Shown piece after piece: positions 9,739 through 19,190 of a stretch of 64,000 nt of DNA (positions within the stretch are counted from its first letter, which is position 1; each line of letters starts with the position of its first letter). The notes under the pieces are model-generated. The model worked only from the letters and a program-made list of their open reading frames with translations. It did not search any database and had not been told where the DNA came from. Both the position numbers and the translations under genes were made by a program. The stretch is from an uncultured Gammaproteobacteria bacterium (GTDB lineage: Bacteria; Patescibacteriota; Microgenomatia; UBA8517): positions 71,883-135,882 of the forward strand of contig CAZRGC010000002.1 of NCBI GenBank assembly GCA_964599625.1. Direction: 5' to 3'.

Positions 9739-10809
9739 ATGAAGACAAAAACCAACAGTTTGACACTTTTGACCATTTTGATAGCGGCGGTCTTTATTGC
9801 ACGTATTGGAGTCAAATCCGAAAACCGGATTGTAAAAAAATGCGAAAACGTTCAAAACACCAGGGATTGTAGATTAAAAGAGGTGGTAAAAGTAATGAAC
9901 GAGCGAGGTGTGAGATTTGCATTTATTGCTGTCGAAAATCTTAAAGACGCAGATTCCGAGTTTGGTCCCACGTGTCATGCGTTTGTTCACGAGATAGGTT
10001 TGGAAGCATATAAAAATGTTTTAAAAGGAAGTAAATTTTTGGCCGTACCAATTTCACCTTGCAACTATGCTTTTTTCCATGGGTTGATGATGGAGCTTGT
10101 AATGCACCAAAGGACAACCAAGGAACTAGACTTCAGGTTTGCAAATCAGGTTTGCCAAGATGTTGTGAGAATGTCTGGATATGATCAATCAATAAAATAT
10201 CAGTGTTACCATGGGATAGGGCATGGTCTTGCACCTTATCACCTGTTGATGACCAACAAACCAATAGCCGAGATTATTGACAATAGTCTGCGAGACTGCG
10301 AGGAATATTTTGATGCCAAAGATTTTTGCAAGACGGGTGTTTATGGAGGAATGAGCTTGTTTATAACCGGTGACCACAATCTGTTTTTGGAGGGTTTTGG
10401 CATTTCTGACGCGTTTAAATTATGCAAAAACCAACCTTTAGATTTGCGGCCTGTGTGTTATGAAATGATTGCACCTGCACTTGTTTTTTCTACAGGCGGC
10501 GATGTTAAAAAGGCAGTGGCGGTGATGAAAGACTCAATAAAAAACGACGAGGAAAGATTGGTTATCTCCAGACAGCTCGGCCAGGCGGTTTTATCTTACA
10601 ACTTTGAGGCCGGCATAGTTGAAATGAAAGAAGTCTGTGATCAGATTTTAGGAGATAGCCACTTAAGCTGTGTGGAAGGTTTTATAAACGGTTATTTCGA
10701 CTCTCGTTCTAAAAACAGCATCAAACAAACTGCTGAAAGTTTCTGCCAAAGTCCAAGCTTTACAAACGAGGAATCAGATTTGTGCAGAAACCTTGCAGTC
10801 AAAATATGA
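9739..10809 (+). CDS. Membrane-anchored Cys/His-rich protein (paralog 9)
   Basis: TM; CHAFVH, CNYAFFHG, CYHGIGHG, CKTGVYGG. Confidence 0.85.
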   Translation: MKTKTNSLTLLTILIAAVFIARIGVKSENRIVKKCENVQNTRDCRLKEVVKVMNERGVRFAFIAVENLKDADSEFGPTCHAFVHEIGLEAYKNVLKGSKFLAVPISPCNYAFFHGLMMELVMHQRTTKELDFRFANQVCQDVVRMSGYDQSIKYQCYHGIGHGLAPYHLLMTNKPIAEIIDNSLRDCEEYFDAKDFCKTGVYGGMSLFITGDHNLFLEGFGISDAFKLCKNQPLDLRPVCYEMIAPALVFSTGGDVKKAVAVMKDSIKNDEERLVISRQLGQAVLSYNFEAGIVEMKEVCDQILGDSHLSCVEGFINGYFDSRSKNSIKQTAESFCQSPSFTNEESDLCRNLAVKI

Positions 10810-11951
10810 ATTCAAAATACAAATATATAATTATTGCCGTTATTGCCACTTTTGTTTTAATAATTTTATATATGCGAAATCAGATGTTTTTGTCCGACGG
10901 CTCAGAATGCTTTGATGTTCCCAGTTCTGAAAAATCTGACTGTATTCGACCTGATATAGATAGACTTTTGAACAATGGTAGAGTTGATGCGGCCTTAACC
11001 TTTCTAAGGCAATACCAGGTAAATGACAAAAATTATTATGGAACAGATTGTCACGGCATAGCCCACTATATAGGGGATAAGGCGTATCTGGTTTACAAGA
11101 AAGGCGGAAAAATCAACGTTGGAAGTGATTCAGGCGTTTGTGTATATGGGTTTTACCATGCTTTTACAAGCTCGTTTATTGCAAACGGTGAATACGAAAC
11201 AGTGAGAAGTTTTTGTTCAGGTATAAGTAAAGACAAGTTTCAGGAAATTTCAGGGTGTTATCATGGCATGGGCCACGGCGCCATCTACGATTTTTATGAA
11301 AAATTCGGGATTAGGGATCCATTAACTTTAATCAATAAAGGCGTCGCTCTTTGTGAGAAGTTGGAATTGCCCGAAGAGGGAGCTTTGGAATGTGTTACGG
11401 GTGTTTATGATGGGATTGGAGACGAGGTTTTGGACCCGTCATATACAGGACTCACACCTGAAATCATTTATTCTTACTGTGTAGACCAGCCGAAAGTATA
11501 CAAAGGTAAATGTTACGAAAATATTTCTCACCTGGTCTTTAGAAAAACTCAGTCCGGGTTTGAAAATTTACTGAACTTCGCACTGAAAAATGTAGAACAT
11601 GATTATGTGGCAGATGCTGTCAAAGGCTTGGCAACAATATATGTTGTCGATCTTAAAGGTGAGGATATTCGGACAGGAATCAGACTTTGTTTACCTCTAA
11701 AGGATGATGCAAAAACAGGGTGTATTAAAAATATGGTTTACAAAGTTATGGCTGATGTGGAAGACGGTACTCAGTTTGAAAAAGGTAAAGATTTTTGCAG
11801 TTTGGACGTTTTTGGAGAAATTGACAGAAGCTTTTGTGTCCGGGTTACGCTCGATGCTTTGACTGGTTTTTATAGTCAAAATCAGATTGAAGAGAAGTGC
11901 GAAGCTGACTCCAGTTTTTTTGGTGCGGCTTGTAAATCTAAATTTTTATGA
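10806..11951 (+). CDS. Membrane-anchored Cys/His-rich protein (paralog 10)
   Basis: ATG 10806 forms an ATGA overlap with the previous stop; CHGIAH, CVYGFYHA, CYHGMGHG. Confidence 0.85.
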   Translation: MNSKYKYIIIAVIATFVLIILYMRNQMFLSDGSECFDVPSSEKSDCIRPDIDRLLNNGRVDAALTFLRQYQVNDKNYYGTDCHGIAHYIGDKAYLVYKKGGKINVGSDSGVCVYGFYHAFTSSFIANGEYETVRSFCSGISKDKFQEISGCYHGMGHGAIYDFYEKFGIRDPLTLINKGVALCEKLELPEEGALECVTGVYDGIGDEVLDPSYTGLTPEIIYSYCVDQPKVYKGKCYENISHLVFRKTQSGFENLLNFALKNVEHDYVADAVKGLATIYVVDLKGEDIRTGIRLCLPLKDDAKTGCIKNMVYKVMADVEDGTQFEKGKDFCSLDVFGEIDRSFCVRVTLDALTGFYSQNQIEEKCEADSSFFGAACKSKFL

Positions 11952-12946
11952 GACCGAGAATATTGATATTGGCAATAGGCTTAATGTTAACTTCATTCAT
12001 CGTGATCTATGCAGGTATAAATTATCCGTTCACCGTGCGGATTACAAATGATGTGTTGATAAACCAAAATGAGTTAAAAAAAATAATTAAGACAAAAGGT
12101 ATTGATGAGGCTTATGTTTTTTTTAAGAAAAACTTTTCAAAGTACGACGCAACCTCCAAACATTATGTGGGGCATTTCTTGGGACAAGAATCTTACAGAA
12201 TAATGGGTGACAAAGGCCTGTCTATGTGCGATTTTGGGTTAGATTACGGATGCATTCACGGTTTTGTCATTGCCGGCATTGGCGAAAAGGGTAACGGTTT
12301 TATAGAAACTTCCATGAAGCGTTGTGAGGATTTTGATCCAAATGATGTCAGGAGGGGGAGTTGTGTACATGGGGTAAGCCATACACTCTTGTACTTAAAG
12401 GGGTATTCCTATAACGACTTGGTTTGGTCCCTAAAGCAATGCGATCAAATGTTATCAAGTGACAAGTTTGTGGGACCTGTCGGGTGCTACGAGGCCGTGT
12501 TTATGGAATACAACCTTAGGAATTTGGATGGTGAGTCGACGGGCAAATGGTTTGAAACAAGACCTCTTGACGATGCAAGACCGCTTTACCCTTGCGACGT
12601 AATCGATAACAGATATAAAAACTCTTGCTATTCGGAACTTGGTTCAATGTGGTCCAACAACATTGGCATGGACTTTTCGAAAATGTTTTCTTTTTGTGGG
12701 GGAATTATCAACCGTTTACATTTGAATTCTTGTTACTGGGGGGTTGGAAGGTCGATGGCTGATGACTACCAATTTGATTACAAACGAGTTGAAACAAAAT
12801 GTAGCGAGATAAAAGATGGTGGAAAGCAGTCTTGTATCGAAGGAGCTTCGGTTGTTTTATCCAATAACGGTGTAAAAGAGGCCGTGTCAATTTGCAGTGC
12901 TTTGGATGCAGACAGTGCTCTAAGGTGTAAAAAAATATTTGAATAA
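11948..12946 (+). CDS. Membrane-anchored Cys/His-rich protein (paralog 11)
   Basis: ATGA overlap; KHYVGH, DYGCIHG, CVHGVSH, CYEAVFME, PLYPC. Confidence 0.85.
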   Translation: MRPRILILAIGLMLTSFIVIYAGINYPFTVRITNDVLINQNELKKIIKTKGIDEAYVFFKKNFSKYDATSKHYVGHFLGQESYRIMGDKGLSMCDFGLDYGCIHGFVIAGIGEKGNGFIETSMKRCEDFDPNDVRRGSCVHGVSHTLLYLKGYSYNDLVWSLKQCDQMLSSDKFVGPVGCYEAVFMEYNLRNLDGESTGKWFETRPLDDARPLYPCDVIDNRYKNSCYSELGSMWSNNIGMDFSKMFSFCGGIINRLHLNSCYWGVGRSMADDYQFDYKRVETKCSEIKDGGKQSCIEGASVVLSNNGVKEAVSICSALDADSALRCKKIFE

Positions 12947-12962
12947 CTGATATTATGAAATA

Positions 12963-13586
12963 GTGCTGCCAATGAACGACCAAGCGACAGAAAATAATCA
13001 GATCACTCAGGAAAACCTCACCAGCCCACAAACGCCATTGCAGGCTTCCACGCCTTCTGGCCAGTCCCAAATACCTGTTTCTGTCGTTCCAACTGAAGTA
13101 TCCGAAGAAGGTGACGCGCCATTTTACACACAGTGGGCCTTTTGGGTTCTCGTGGTTTTGATCGTTGTTTTGTTCGGTGTTATTGCATTTTTTTTAGTTC
13201 CGGCAAAAAATTCTTTTCTTGAGGCAGAAATGCAAGTTTCTGCAGAATCTGTGAAGTTGCATGTAAAAAACCTTACAGCACCCAGGAACGGTTTTTTGGT
13301 GCTACAAAAAGACGAAAACGGTGTTCCTGGTGCAATTTTTGAAATAAGTCCATTTTTGGTTCCAGACCACTATAAAGATTTTTTTATACCCTTCACACCT
13401 GACGAATACAACGACGATGTCTATTATCAAGACCTAGGGCTAAACGGAACCTTCTACGTTACTTACTACCTGGATAACGATAGCACTGGAACCTATAAAA
13501 AAGAAATTGATACGACAATCGGCAAGGACCAAGCAGGCAAACCCTTGCAAATAAAGATTGTCAGTGGCAAAATGGTTCAAGAGTAA
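12963..13586 (+). CDS. Single-TM protein with DUF7282-like extracellular beta domain
   Basis: Low-complexity N-tail, TM WAFWVLVVLIVVLFGVIAFFLV, then NGFLVL...G.PGAIF...YYLDND..G pattern; extended -10 TGATATTAT at 12948-12956. Confidence 0.7.
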   Translation: MLPMNDQATENNQITQENLTSPQTPLQASTPSGQSQIPVSVVPTEVSEEGDAPFYTQWAFWVLVVLIVVLFGVIAFFLVPAKNSFLEAEMQVSAESVKLHVKNLTAPRNGFLVLQKDENGVPGAIFEISPFLVPDHYKDFFIPFTPDEYNDDVYYQDLGLNGTFYVTYYLDNDSTGTYKKEIDTTIGKDQAGKPLQIKIVSGKMVQE

Positions 13587-13587
13587 T

Positions 13588-14106
13588 ATGAATAAATTTA
13601 CATTGATTTTGTATTCTGTTCTGATATCGCTTTTAATTGCTCCTACTGTTTTGGCTCACGGGACAGCTCAAAGTTTCCCTAAAGATGTCGACAAATATAC
13701 GATTGAATTTGAATATGACGCATCTGGGGTTTTTGATGACACAACGATGGCTTTTGTTTTTAGGCTTTTGGACCAAAAGTCAAAAGAGCCGGTTAAGTTT
13801 GACTCTGTGTTGGCAAGGTTTGAAGACAGCAAAGACAAGTCGGCTGTAATAGTTTCCAGGCTATACCCGGATGAGCTACTGGACGGAATTGCCAGAATAT
13901 CTGCACTTTTGAATCGTGGAGACTATAAAGTATATTTAATCTTTTACAAAGAGGGAAACAAAATTGTTGAAACAGATTACGACCTGAACGTTCAAAAAGG
14001 TACAACAAGGAAAGACTTTCCGACGGTTCCAGTTGTTGTTGGGTTTTTGGGTTCTGCGTTGGGTTTTGTTTTTGGCAAGATGAAGAAGTCTTCAAATGAG
14101 AGATAA
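13588..14106 (+). CDS. Secreted protein with C-terminal TM anchor, mature N-terminus His-Gly (CopC/YtkA/FixH-like candidate)
   Basis: Signal peptide ending PTVLA|HG; beta-rich body; C-terminal VPVVVGFLGSALGFVFGKMKK. Confidence 0.7.
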   Translation: MNKFTLILYSVLISLLIAPTVLAHGTAQSFPKDVDKYTIEFEYDASGVFDDTTMAFVFRLLDQKSKEPVKFDSVLARFEDSKDKSAVIVSRLYPDELLDGIARISALLNRGDYKVYLIFYKEGNKIVETDYDLNVQKGTTRKDFPTVPVVVGFLGSALGFVFGKMKKSSNER

Positions 14107-15670
14107 AAAGTTACTGCTTCTTTTGTTTTTAATCCTATTTTTGGGACTGATTTTACGAACTTACAAACTTAATACAAATTTTATTTTTGGTGTTGACCAG
14201 GCGGAGGATATGTTTAAGTTCAAAGAAATCGTAACCGATATAGCTAGAGGTAACTTTTCCAACCTTCCGCTAATTGGTGAACCCGGGACAGATTTGACCG
14301 ATAACAAAAACGTACACGGCGACTACGTTGTGTATTCCGGGGCGCTTTTTTTGTATCTGGTGACACCGTTTGCTTTGATATCACGGTTTGATCCATCGAT
14401 TTTGGTGTATTTTTTTTCTTCTGCCAACCTTTTGGGAGTAATTTTGATTTATTTAGTTACCAAGAAGTTGTCGGGTAGTGTGCAGGCGGTTTTTGCTTCA
14501 CTTTTATATTCGGTAAATTTCTACATGTCTACCTATTCCCGAGCAATCTGGACTCCAAGTCTTGTTCCGGTTTTTTTGTTGACAGCTTTGTATTTATGGT
14601 CGGTTGTAAAAGAAGGTAGGGAGTCTTTGGTCCCTGCATACCTTTTTTTTGCCTCTGCTATTTCACAACTACATGACTCGGGGTACTATTACATGTTCTT
14701 TTTCATTATCCTGGCATTGGCAAGTCGTATTAGATTGTTTGCCAAAGATAAAGTTGTCTACAATTCGATGGCTTTTCTTGCGCCTCTTACACCAACACTT
14801 ATTTATGAAGTCAGTACCGGTTTCAGGTTCTTTAAACATATTATAGGTACGCTCTTGACTAATTCTACTAGTATAAATAGTGACCTGATTGTTGGGATTT
14901 TTGGTAAGTTTTGGGAATTTTTTGTGTCCATCAATTTTCCTTTATATTTCCACAATTTCTTTAGTCAAAAATATTCAATTTTATATATCCCGCTTTTAAC
15001 TGTCATAACTTTGGTAACAACACTTGGACTATTTTTGCCGATTATAAAAAGGGACAAAAAACTTGGTGTACTTTTTTTTGTTTTTATCATGACTTTTTTG
15101 GTTGTGCCTTACGCCTCAAAGGTTTTTTATAACGATTCATACTTTGGTTTATTCCCGCTTTTTGGAACCACATTTTCGACACTGGGTGCTATGCCTATTG
15201 TTATTATTTCTGTTGGTGTATTTTTGGGAAATCTGTACCTTAGGGGCGGTGTGGTAAAGTTTCTGTCGTTGGCTGTTGTTTCCTTTTTAGTTCTTAATCA
15301 AATTCCTTTGATCAAGTCCACTATTTGGGAAAACGGAGAACGAAAATATGACTATGGCAACAAACTGGACATAATAAAAACTCTTGGTGACAATGTTCAT
15401 TCTGGCTACTCGTTGGAATATCTGGATCCAGATAGCTACGGTGAAGGTTATGAGTTTTTCTACATTATAGAGACAGCAAACGTTAGACTACCTTACTCAT
15501 ATAACGGCGCTACGGAAAAAACCACACTTTTTCATAGATACGAGTTTGGCAAAAATAAGCCTTCAGACCATTTTGCGATTGCAGGGCGCAGGGTCTGGGA
15601 CAAATTTTCCGTAGAAGAGTGGCATCAACTTGGCGAATCCGGAGAATTTAGAATATTTAGGCAGAAATAG
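14096..15670 (+). CDS. GT-C fold glycosyltransferase (ArnT/PMT_2, GT39/83-like)
   Basis: Multi-TM; LILRTYKL...FGVDQAED first loop, PLIG, YSRAIWTPS, QLH motifs typical of this group. Confidence 0.8.
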   Translation: MRDKKLLLLLFLILFLGLILRTYKLNTNFIFGVDQAEDMFKFKEIVTDIARGNFSNLPLIGEPGTDLTDNKNVHGDYVVYSGALFLYLVTPFALISRFDPSILVYFFSSANLLGVILIYLVTKKLSGSVQAVFASLLYSVNFYMSTYSRAIWTPSLVPVFLLTALYLWSVVKEGRESLVPAYLFFASAISQLHDSGYYYMFFFIILALASRIRLFAKDKVVYNSMAFLAPLTPTLIYEVSTGFRFFKHIIGTLLTNSTSINSDLIVGIFGKFWEFFVSINFPLYFHNFFSQKYSILYIPLLTVITLVTTLGLFLPIIKRDKKLGVLFFVFIMTFLVVPYASKVFYNDSYFGLFPLFGTTFSTLGAMPIVIISVGVFLGNLYLRGGVVKFLSLAVVSFLVLNQIPLIKSTIWENGERKYDYGNKLDIIKTLGDNVHSGYSLEYLDPDSYGEGYEFFYIIETANVRLPYSYNGATEKTTLFHRYEFGKNKPSDHFAIAGRRVWDKFSVEEWHQLGESGEFRIFRQK

Positions 15671-15714
15671 CTTGACTTTGCATTTTTAAGGGTGTTAGAT
15701 ATGACTATCGGAAT

Positions 15715-16101
15715 ATGAGTAAAAAAACATCTGTTTTGATTGGAGTCTTGATTTTAGCAGTTGTTGCCTTTGTCGGTTACAAATATCTTTCACCTGATTC
15801 AAAGTCAAAAGCAGTCCCTTTGAATGATGGAGATATTGTAAAAATGGGTGAAGATGTATATGAACCGCAGGATTTTATTATTAAGAAGGGTGCAAAAATA
15901 AAATTTCAAAACACCTCGGGTACTTTGAGATGGCCGGCTAGCGATCTTCACCCTTCACACTTAATTTATCCCGAGTTTGATTCCAAAGAACCTGTTCAAA
16001 AAGACGGTGCTTGGGAGTTTGTTTTCGACAAAACAGGTGAGTGGACCTACCACGATCACCTGGCTCCATATATAACAGGAAAAGTTGTAGTAACGGAATG
16101 A
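15715..16101 (+). CDS. Stand-alone membrane-anchored cupredoxin-domain protein
   Basis: TM; YEPQDFIIKKGAKIKF, WPASDLHPSH, GEWTYHDHLAP..TGKVVV. Confidence 0.85.
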   Translation: MSKKTSVLIGVLILAVVAFVGYKYLSPDSKSKAVPLNDGDIVKMGEDVYEPQDFIIKKGAKIKFQNTSGTLRWPASDLHPSHLIYPEFDSKEPVQKDGAWEFVFDKTGEWTYHDHLAPYITGKVVVTE

Positions 16102-17279
16102 AGTCTGATATTAGCTCGACCCTCAAATTTTTAGTTTTGGGAGGTCTTTTCGTATATATAATTTTTTTTCCCGTAAGTGATATTGTCGGGGGTATCCGCA
16201 GTACCTCTTCATTTTTGCGCTGTCATACACTTGAAAACTCTTCAGACAAAGTTATTTGCCAGAGAAAGGCGATAAGAACTGCGGTACAATCCGGTTCGGT
16301 AAATACTGCAATTAGCCTTTATAAAAGTGCTATAAGGGTTGGTGCTATCGATTGCCACTTTCTTGGCCACGAAGTGGGTAGAGATTTTTATGAAGTATTC
16401 AAAGAGCGGGGATTTGCAAGGGTAGGTGAGCCTATGTCTGAGTGCGGGTACGGTTTTTGGCATGGGTTTATGACGGGTGTGGCTCAGGACTTTTTAACAA
16501 CAGGAGAAGCAAAAGTTGATCTAAACAAAGTGTGCCCAATGATGTTGGGAAATAAAAAACAAATTTACGACATATGCTATCACGGTTTTGGGATAGGCTT
16601 TGTTGGCGACCCACCATTTCCTGAGAATGTGGGTAACATTCAAAGTACTGTTGACCGGGCAACAGGCCAATGTGACAAAATCACAAACGTTCCGATATAC
16701 AATGAACAGTGTTATTCGGGGGTTTTTCATCAAATGTTAAGTTATATGCAAAACTCTGAGTACGACTACAAATTTCCTTCCGGTGACGATGTGTATTTGT
16801 TTTGTAACAAATTTGGCACTTCCAAAGTGCGGCCTTGTATTGAGCAGCTTGGTCCTGTGCTCACAATTGTTGTTACGGACGATGTTGCGAAAATTACCGA
16901 TCTTGTGAACAAAAAATTTGGCTGGTTAGACAAAATAACCAGATCAAGACTTCTTCAGACAGTAGTAGGTGGAGCTGTCCATGCAAACACCGACGACAAG
17001 GATGCTTCAAGTATGATTTTTTGCTTTAGTTTGAAAGACAGCGACGTTACCGATTGTATAACTGGCGTGTTTTCGGGTGTAAAGACGAAGTCGGCAGAAG
17101 GTGACGTAAAAGCTTTGGAAAGGCTGGTGTCTTTTTGTTTGCAGGAAAAACTATCCTCGGAAAATCAAAAAGTGTGTATAGACTTTCTGAAAGCTTCCGT
17201 TAAAGACCCGGTACTCAACAAGGAGGTTAGATCTGAATGTGCACAAAAAAAAGATAAGGAAATATGCAAACTTATTTAA
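16098..17279 (+). CDS. Membrane-anchored Cys/His-rich protein (paralog 12)
   Basis: ATG 16098 overlaps the cupredoxin stop (ATGA); CHFLGH, CGYGFWHG, CYHGFG, CYSGVF. Confidence 0.85.
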   Translation: MKSDISSTLKFLVLGGLFVYIIFFPVSDIVGGIRSTSSFLRCHTLENSSDKVICQRKAIRTAVQSGSVNTAISLYKSAIRVGAIDCHFLGHEVGRDFYEVFKERGFARVGEPMSECGYGFWHGFMTGVAQDFLTTGEAKVDLNKVCPMMLGNKKQIYDICYHGFGIGFVGDPPFPENVGNIQSTVDRATGQCDKITNVPIYNEQCYSGVFHQMLSYMQNSEYDYKFPSGDDVYLFCNKFGTSKVRPCIEQLGPVLTIVVTDDVAKITDLVNKKFGWLDKITRSRLLQTVVGGAVHANTDDKDASSMIFCFSLKDSDVTDCITGVFSGVKTKSAEGDVKALERLVSFCLQEKLSSENQKVCIDFLKASVKDPVLNKEVRSECAQKKDKEICKLI

Positions 17280-18438
17280 TCAAGGAAATAAGCAATGAGC
17301 AGATTTTAGATAGTTCTTTGTCTCCAAGTCCTTCGTAGACCGGGAGTGCAATGCTGTCTTTGATAACTTTTGCCACGTTTGATCTTCTTTTACCTTTGAT
17401 AAGATTGTCTGCAATTTCGTCTGCTAGTGCAATGTCGATTCCTTTTAGTGCCAACGACCGCCTTAGTTGGAAGATGTCTGCTTTTGTGTGTGCAAGGATC
17501 ATGTAATAAGAAGGTAAGTTGCCCTTTTGTATTCTTTGAAAGGTCAAATGCTTTTTGAGTTTACTAAAGTAATATTCACGTATCTTTCTGCGCTTTTCGA
17601 GTCTCTTTTGGAATGTTGGTATGTTCATTCTTGCTATTCTGGCATAGATAGGGGGAAGCTTGCTGTATATTTTTTCCTCCTCACCGGCCCTATACGATTT
17701 TACAAACATTTGCTGCCACTTTTTGAATCCAAAAACATACATCATGACATACCATATTGGAGTTTGAATTAGGAAATAGCCGAACAATGACTTGGCCAGC
17801 TCAAGTGGGGTTGAAGGGCTTTTTCCACCTACACCGCCAATGCTGTTTTTGACTCTCTTTATGATTTTTTTATTTTTACCGAATACGACACCGCCCCTGA
17901 TTCCTTGCAAGGGTTTTGATAAGTCAAAACTGGAAAAAGCAACATCGCCAAACGTGCCCAAAAGTTTTTTGTTTAAAGTTGAACCTAGTGATTGCGCACA
18001 ATCTTCAATGAGCAACAACCCCTTTGTTTTAGATAGTTTTTGCAGTTTTTGTATGTCACAGGCTACTCCAAAAAGGTGTGTCGCCAGTATCGCACCCGTG
18101 TTTTTATTTATAGACTTTTTGACACTTTCTACATCCATCTCGAATGTGTCGTAATTAATGTCGACCGGGTGTGGAATGTAACCCGCAGATTTGATTATGT
18201 GTGCAAGGGTTCCAAAAGTGTAACCTGGCATTATTACTTCTTTATTTTTCGGCATGCCTGAGTTCTCGAGTATTAATTTGAGACCAACCCTGCCTTGCCC
18301 CATAACTACCGGGTTCGGGATTTTGAGAAACGTTTTTAGGTCTCGCTCTAACTTTTCAGTTTCATCGTGCCTTATGGTGAGGTCGATTATTTTGTCCAAC
18401 GTTTTCGAGTGAAAATAAGGTTTTCGCCGCGGAATCAT
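17272..18438 (-). CDS. DegT/DnrJ/EryC1/StrS family PLP-dependent aminotransferase
   Basis: ATHLFG, LIEDCAQSLG, GDVAFSSFDLSKPL..GG with PLP lysine, C-terminal IALPV. Confidence 0.9.
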   Translation of the reverse strand: MIPRRKPYFHSKTLDKIIDLTIRHDETEKLERDLKTFLKIPNPVVMGQGRVGLKLILENSGMPKNKEVIMPGYTFGTLAHIIKSAGYIPHPVDINYDTFEMDVESVKKSINKNTGAILATHLFGVACDIQKLQKLSKTKGLLLIEDCAQSLGSTLNKKLLGTFGDVAFSSFDLSKPLQGIRGGVVFGKNKKIIKRVKNSIGGVGGKSPSTPLELAKSLFGYFLIQTPIWYVMMYVFGFKKWQQMFVKSYRAGEEEKIYSKLPPIYARIARMNIPTFQKRLEKRRKIREYYFSKLKKHLTFQRIQKGNLPSYYMILAHTKADIFQLRRSLALKGIDIALADEIADNLIKGKRRSNVAKVIKDSIALPVYEGLGDKELSKICSLLISLIK

Positions 18439-19190
18439 AGTAAATTCATTTTTTGAAGTCTAATCCTAGCACAACTTGCTACATACTCAAGCGAGTCCTT
18501 TAGGAAATATTTTATATATTTAGAATTCAGTCCAATTTTGGACTGCCCCTTGGTTCTTGGAGTGAATTTTGTCTTTATCTCGCAAATTTTGTTTGTATGC
18601 AAAGTGGTTTGGTAAATAAAGTAGTTAAAAAAACTAAAACCCTTGGGGAAATCATTAAAATCAAGTTTGCCAAGAATTGTATTATTTATGGCTTTGTATG
18701 CACTGTTGTGATCTTCTACTTCTGTAACTCCGGCAACGATTTCAGCAAATACGTTATTCGCAATAAAATGTATTGTTTGCCTGCCAAGCGACCATTTTGA
18801 ATGACCCGAAATTATTCTGCTGCAGGCAACTACATCCCATCCTGAATCAAGCTTTTTTAGTATCCTTGGAATCTCGCGCGGACTGTACGAAAAGTCTGCT
18901 TCGTTTGAAATTGTAAAGTCCGATTTAATTTTGAGTGAATGTTTGAGACCTCTTATCATTGCGGCTCCAAGTCCCTTTTTTCGTCCCGGGAGGAGGATTA
19001 TGTTTTTATTGTTTTTGGCAATTTGTCTCACAATTTTACCTGTCCCATCAGGGGAATTGTCGTCTACAACAAGAATTTTATATTCATATTTTTTTAATTT
19101 TTTAAAAATCGAATCAACAACTTTAATCATTGGAGCTATATTTTCCGCTTCGTTGTAAGTGGGGATTATATATGAAACTTTCTTCTTCAT
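18435..19190 (-). CDS. Glycosyltransferase family 2, DPM1/ArnC-like polyprenol-phosphate sugar transferase
   Basis: IIPTYNEAENI, VVDDNSPDGT, GLGAA, EADFS, R..GQSK. Confidence 0.9.
   Translation of the reverse strand: MKKKVSYIIPTYNEAENIAPMIKVVDSIFKKLKKYEYKILVVDDNSPDGTGKIVRQIAKNNKNIILLPGRKKGLGAAMIRGLKHSLKIKSDFTISNEADFSYSPREIPRILKKLDSGWDVVACSRIISGHSKWSLGRQTIHFIANNVFAEIVAGVTEVEDHNSAYKAINNTILGKLDFNDFPKGFSFFNYFIYQTTLHTNKICEIKTKFTPRTKGQSKIGLNSKYIKYFLKDSLEYVASCARIRLQKMNLL

Noticed and set aside
9-17279. Multiheme c-type cytochromes
   Set aside because: CH dipeptides are frequent but none of the motif copies is CxxCH
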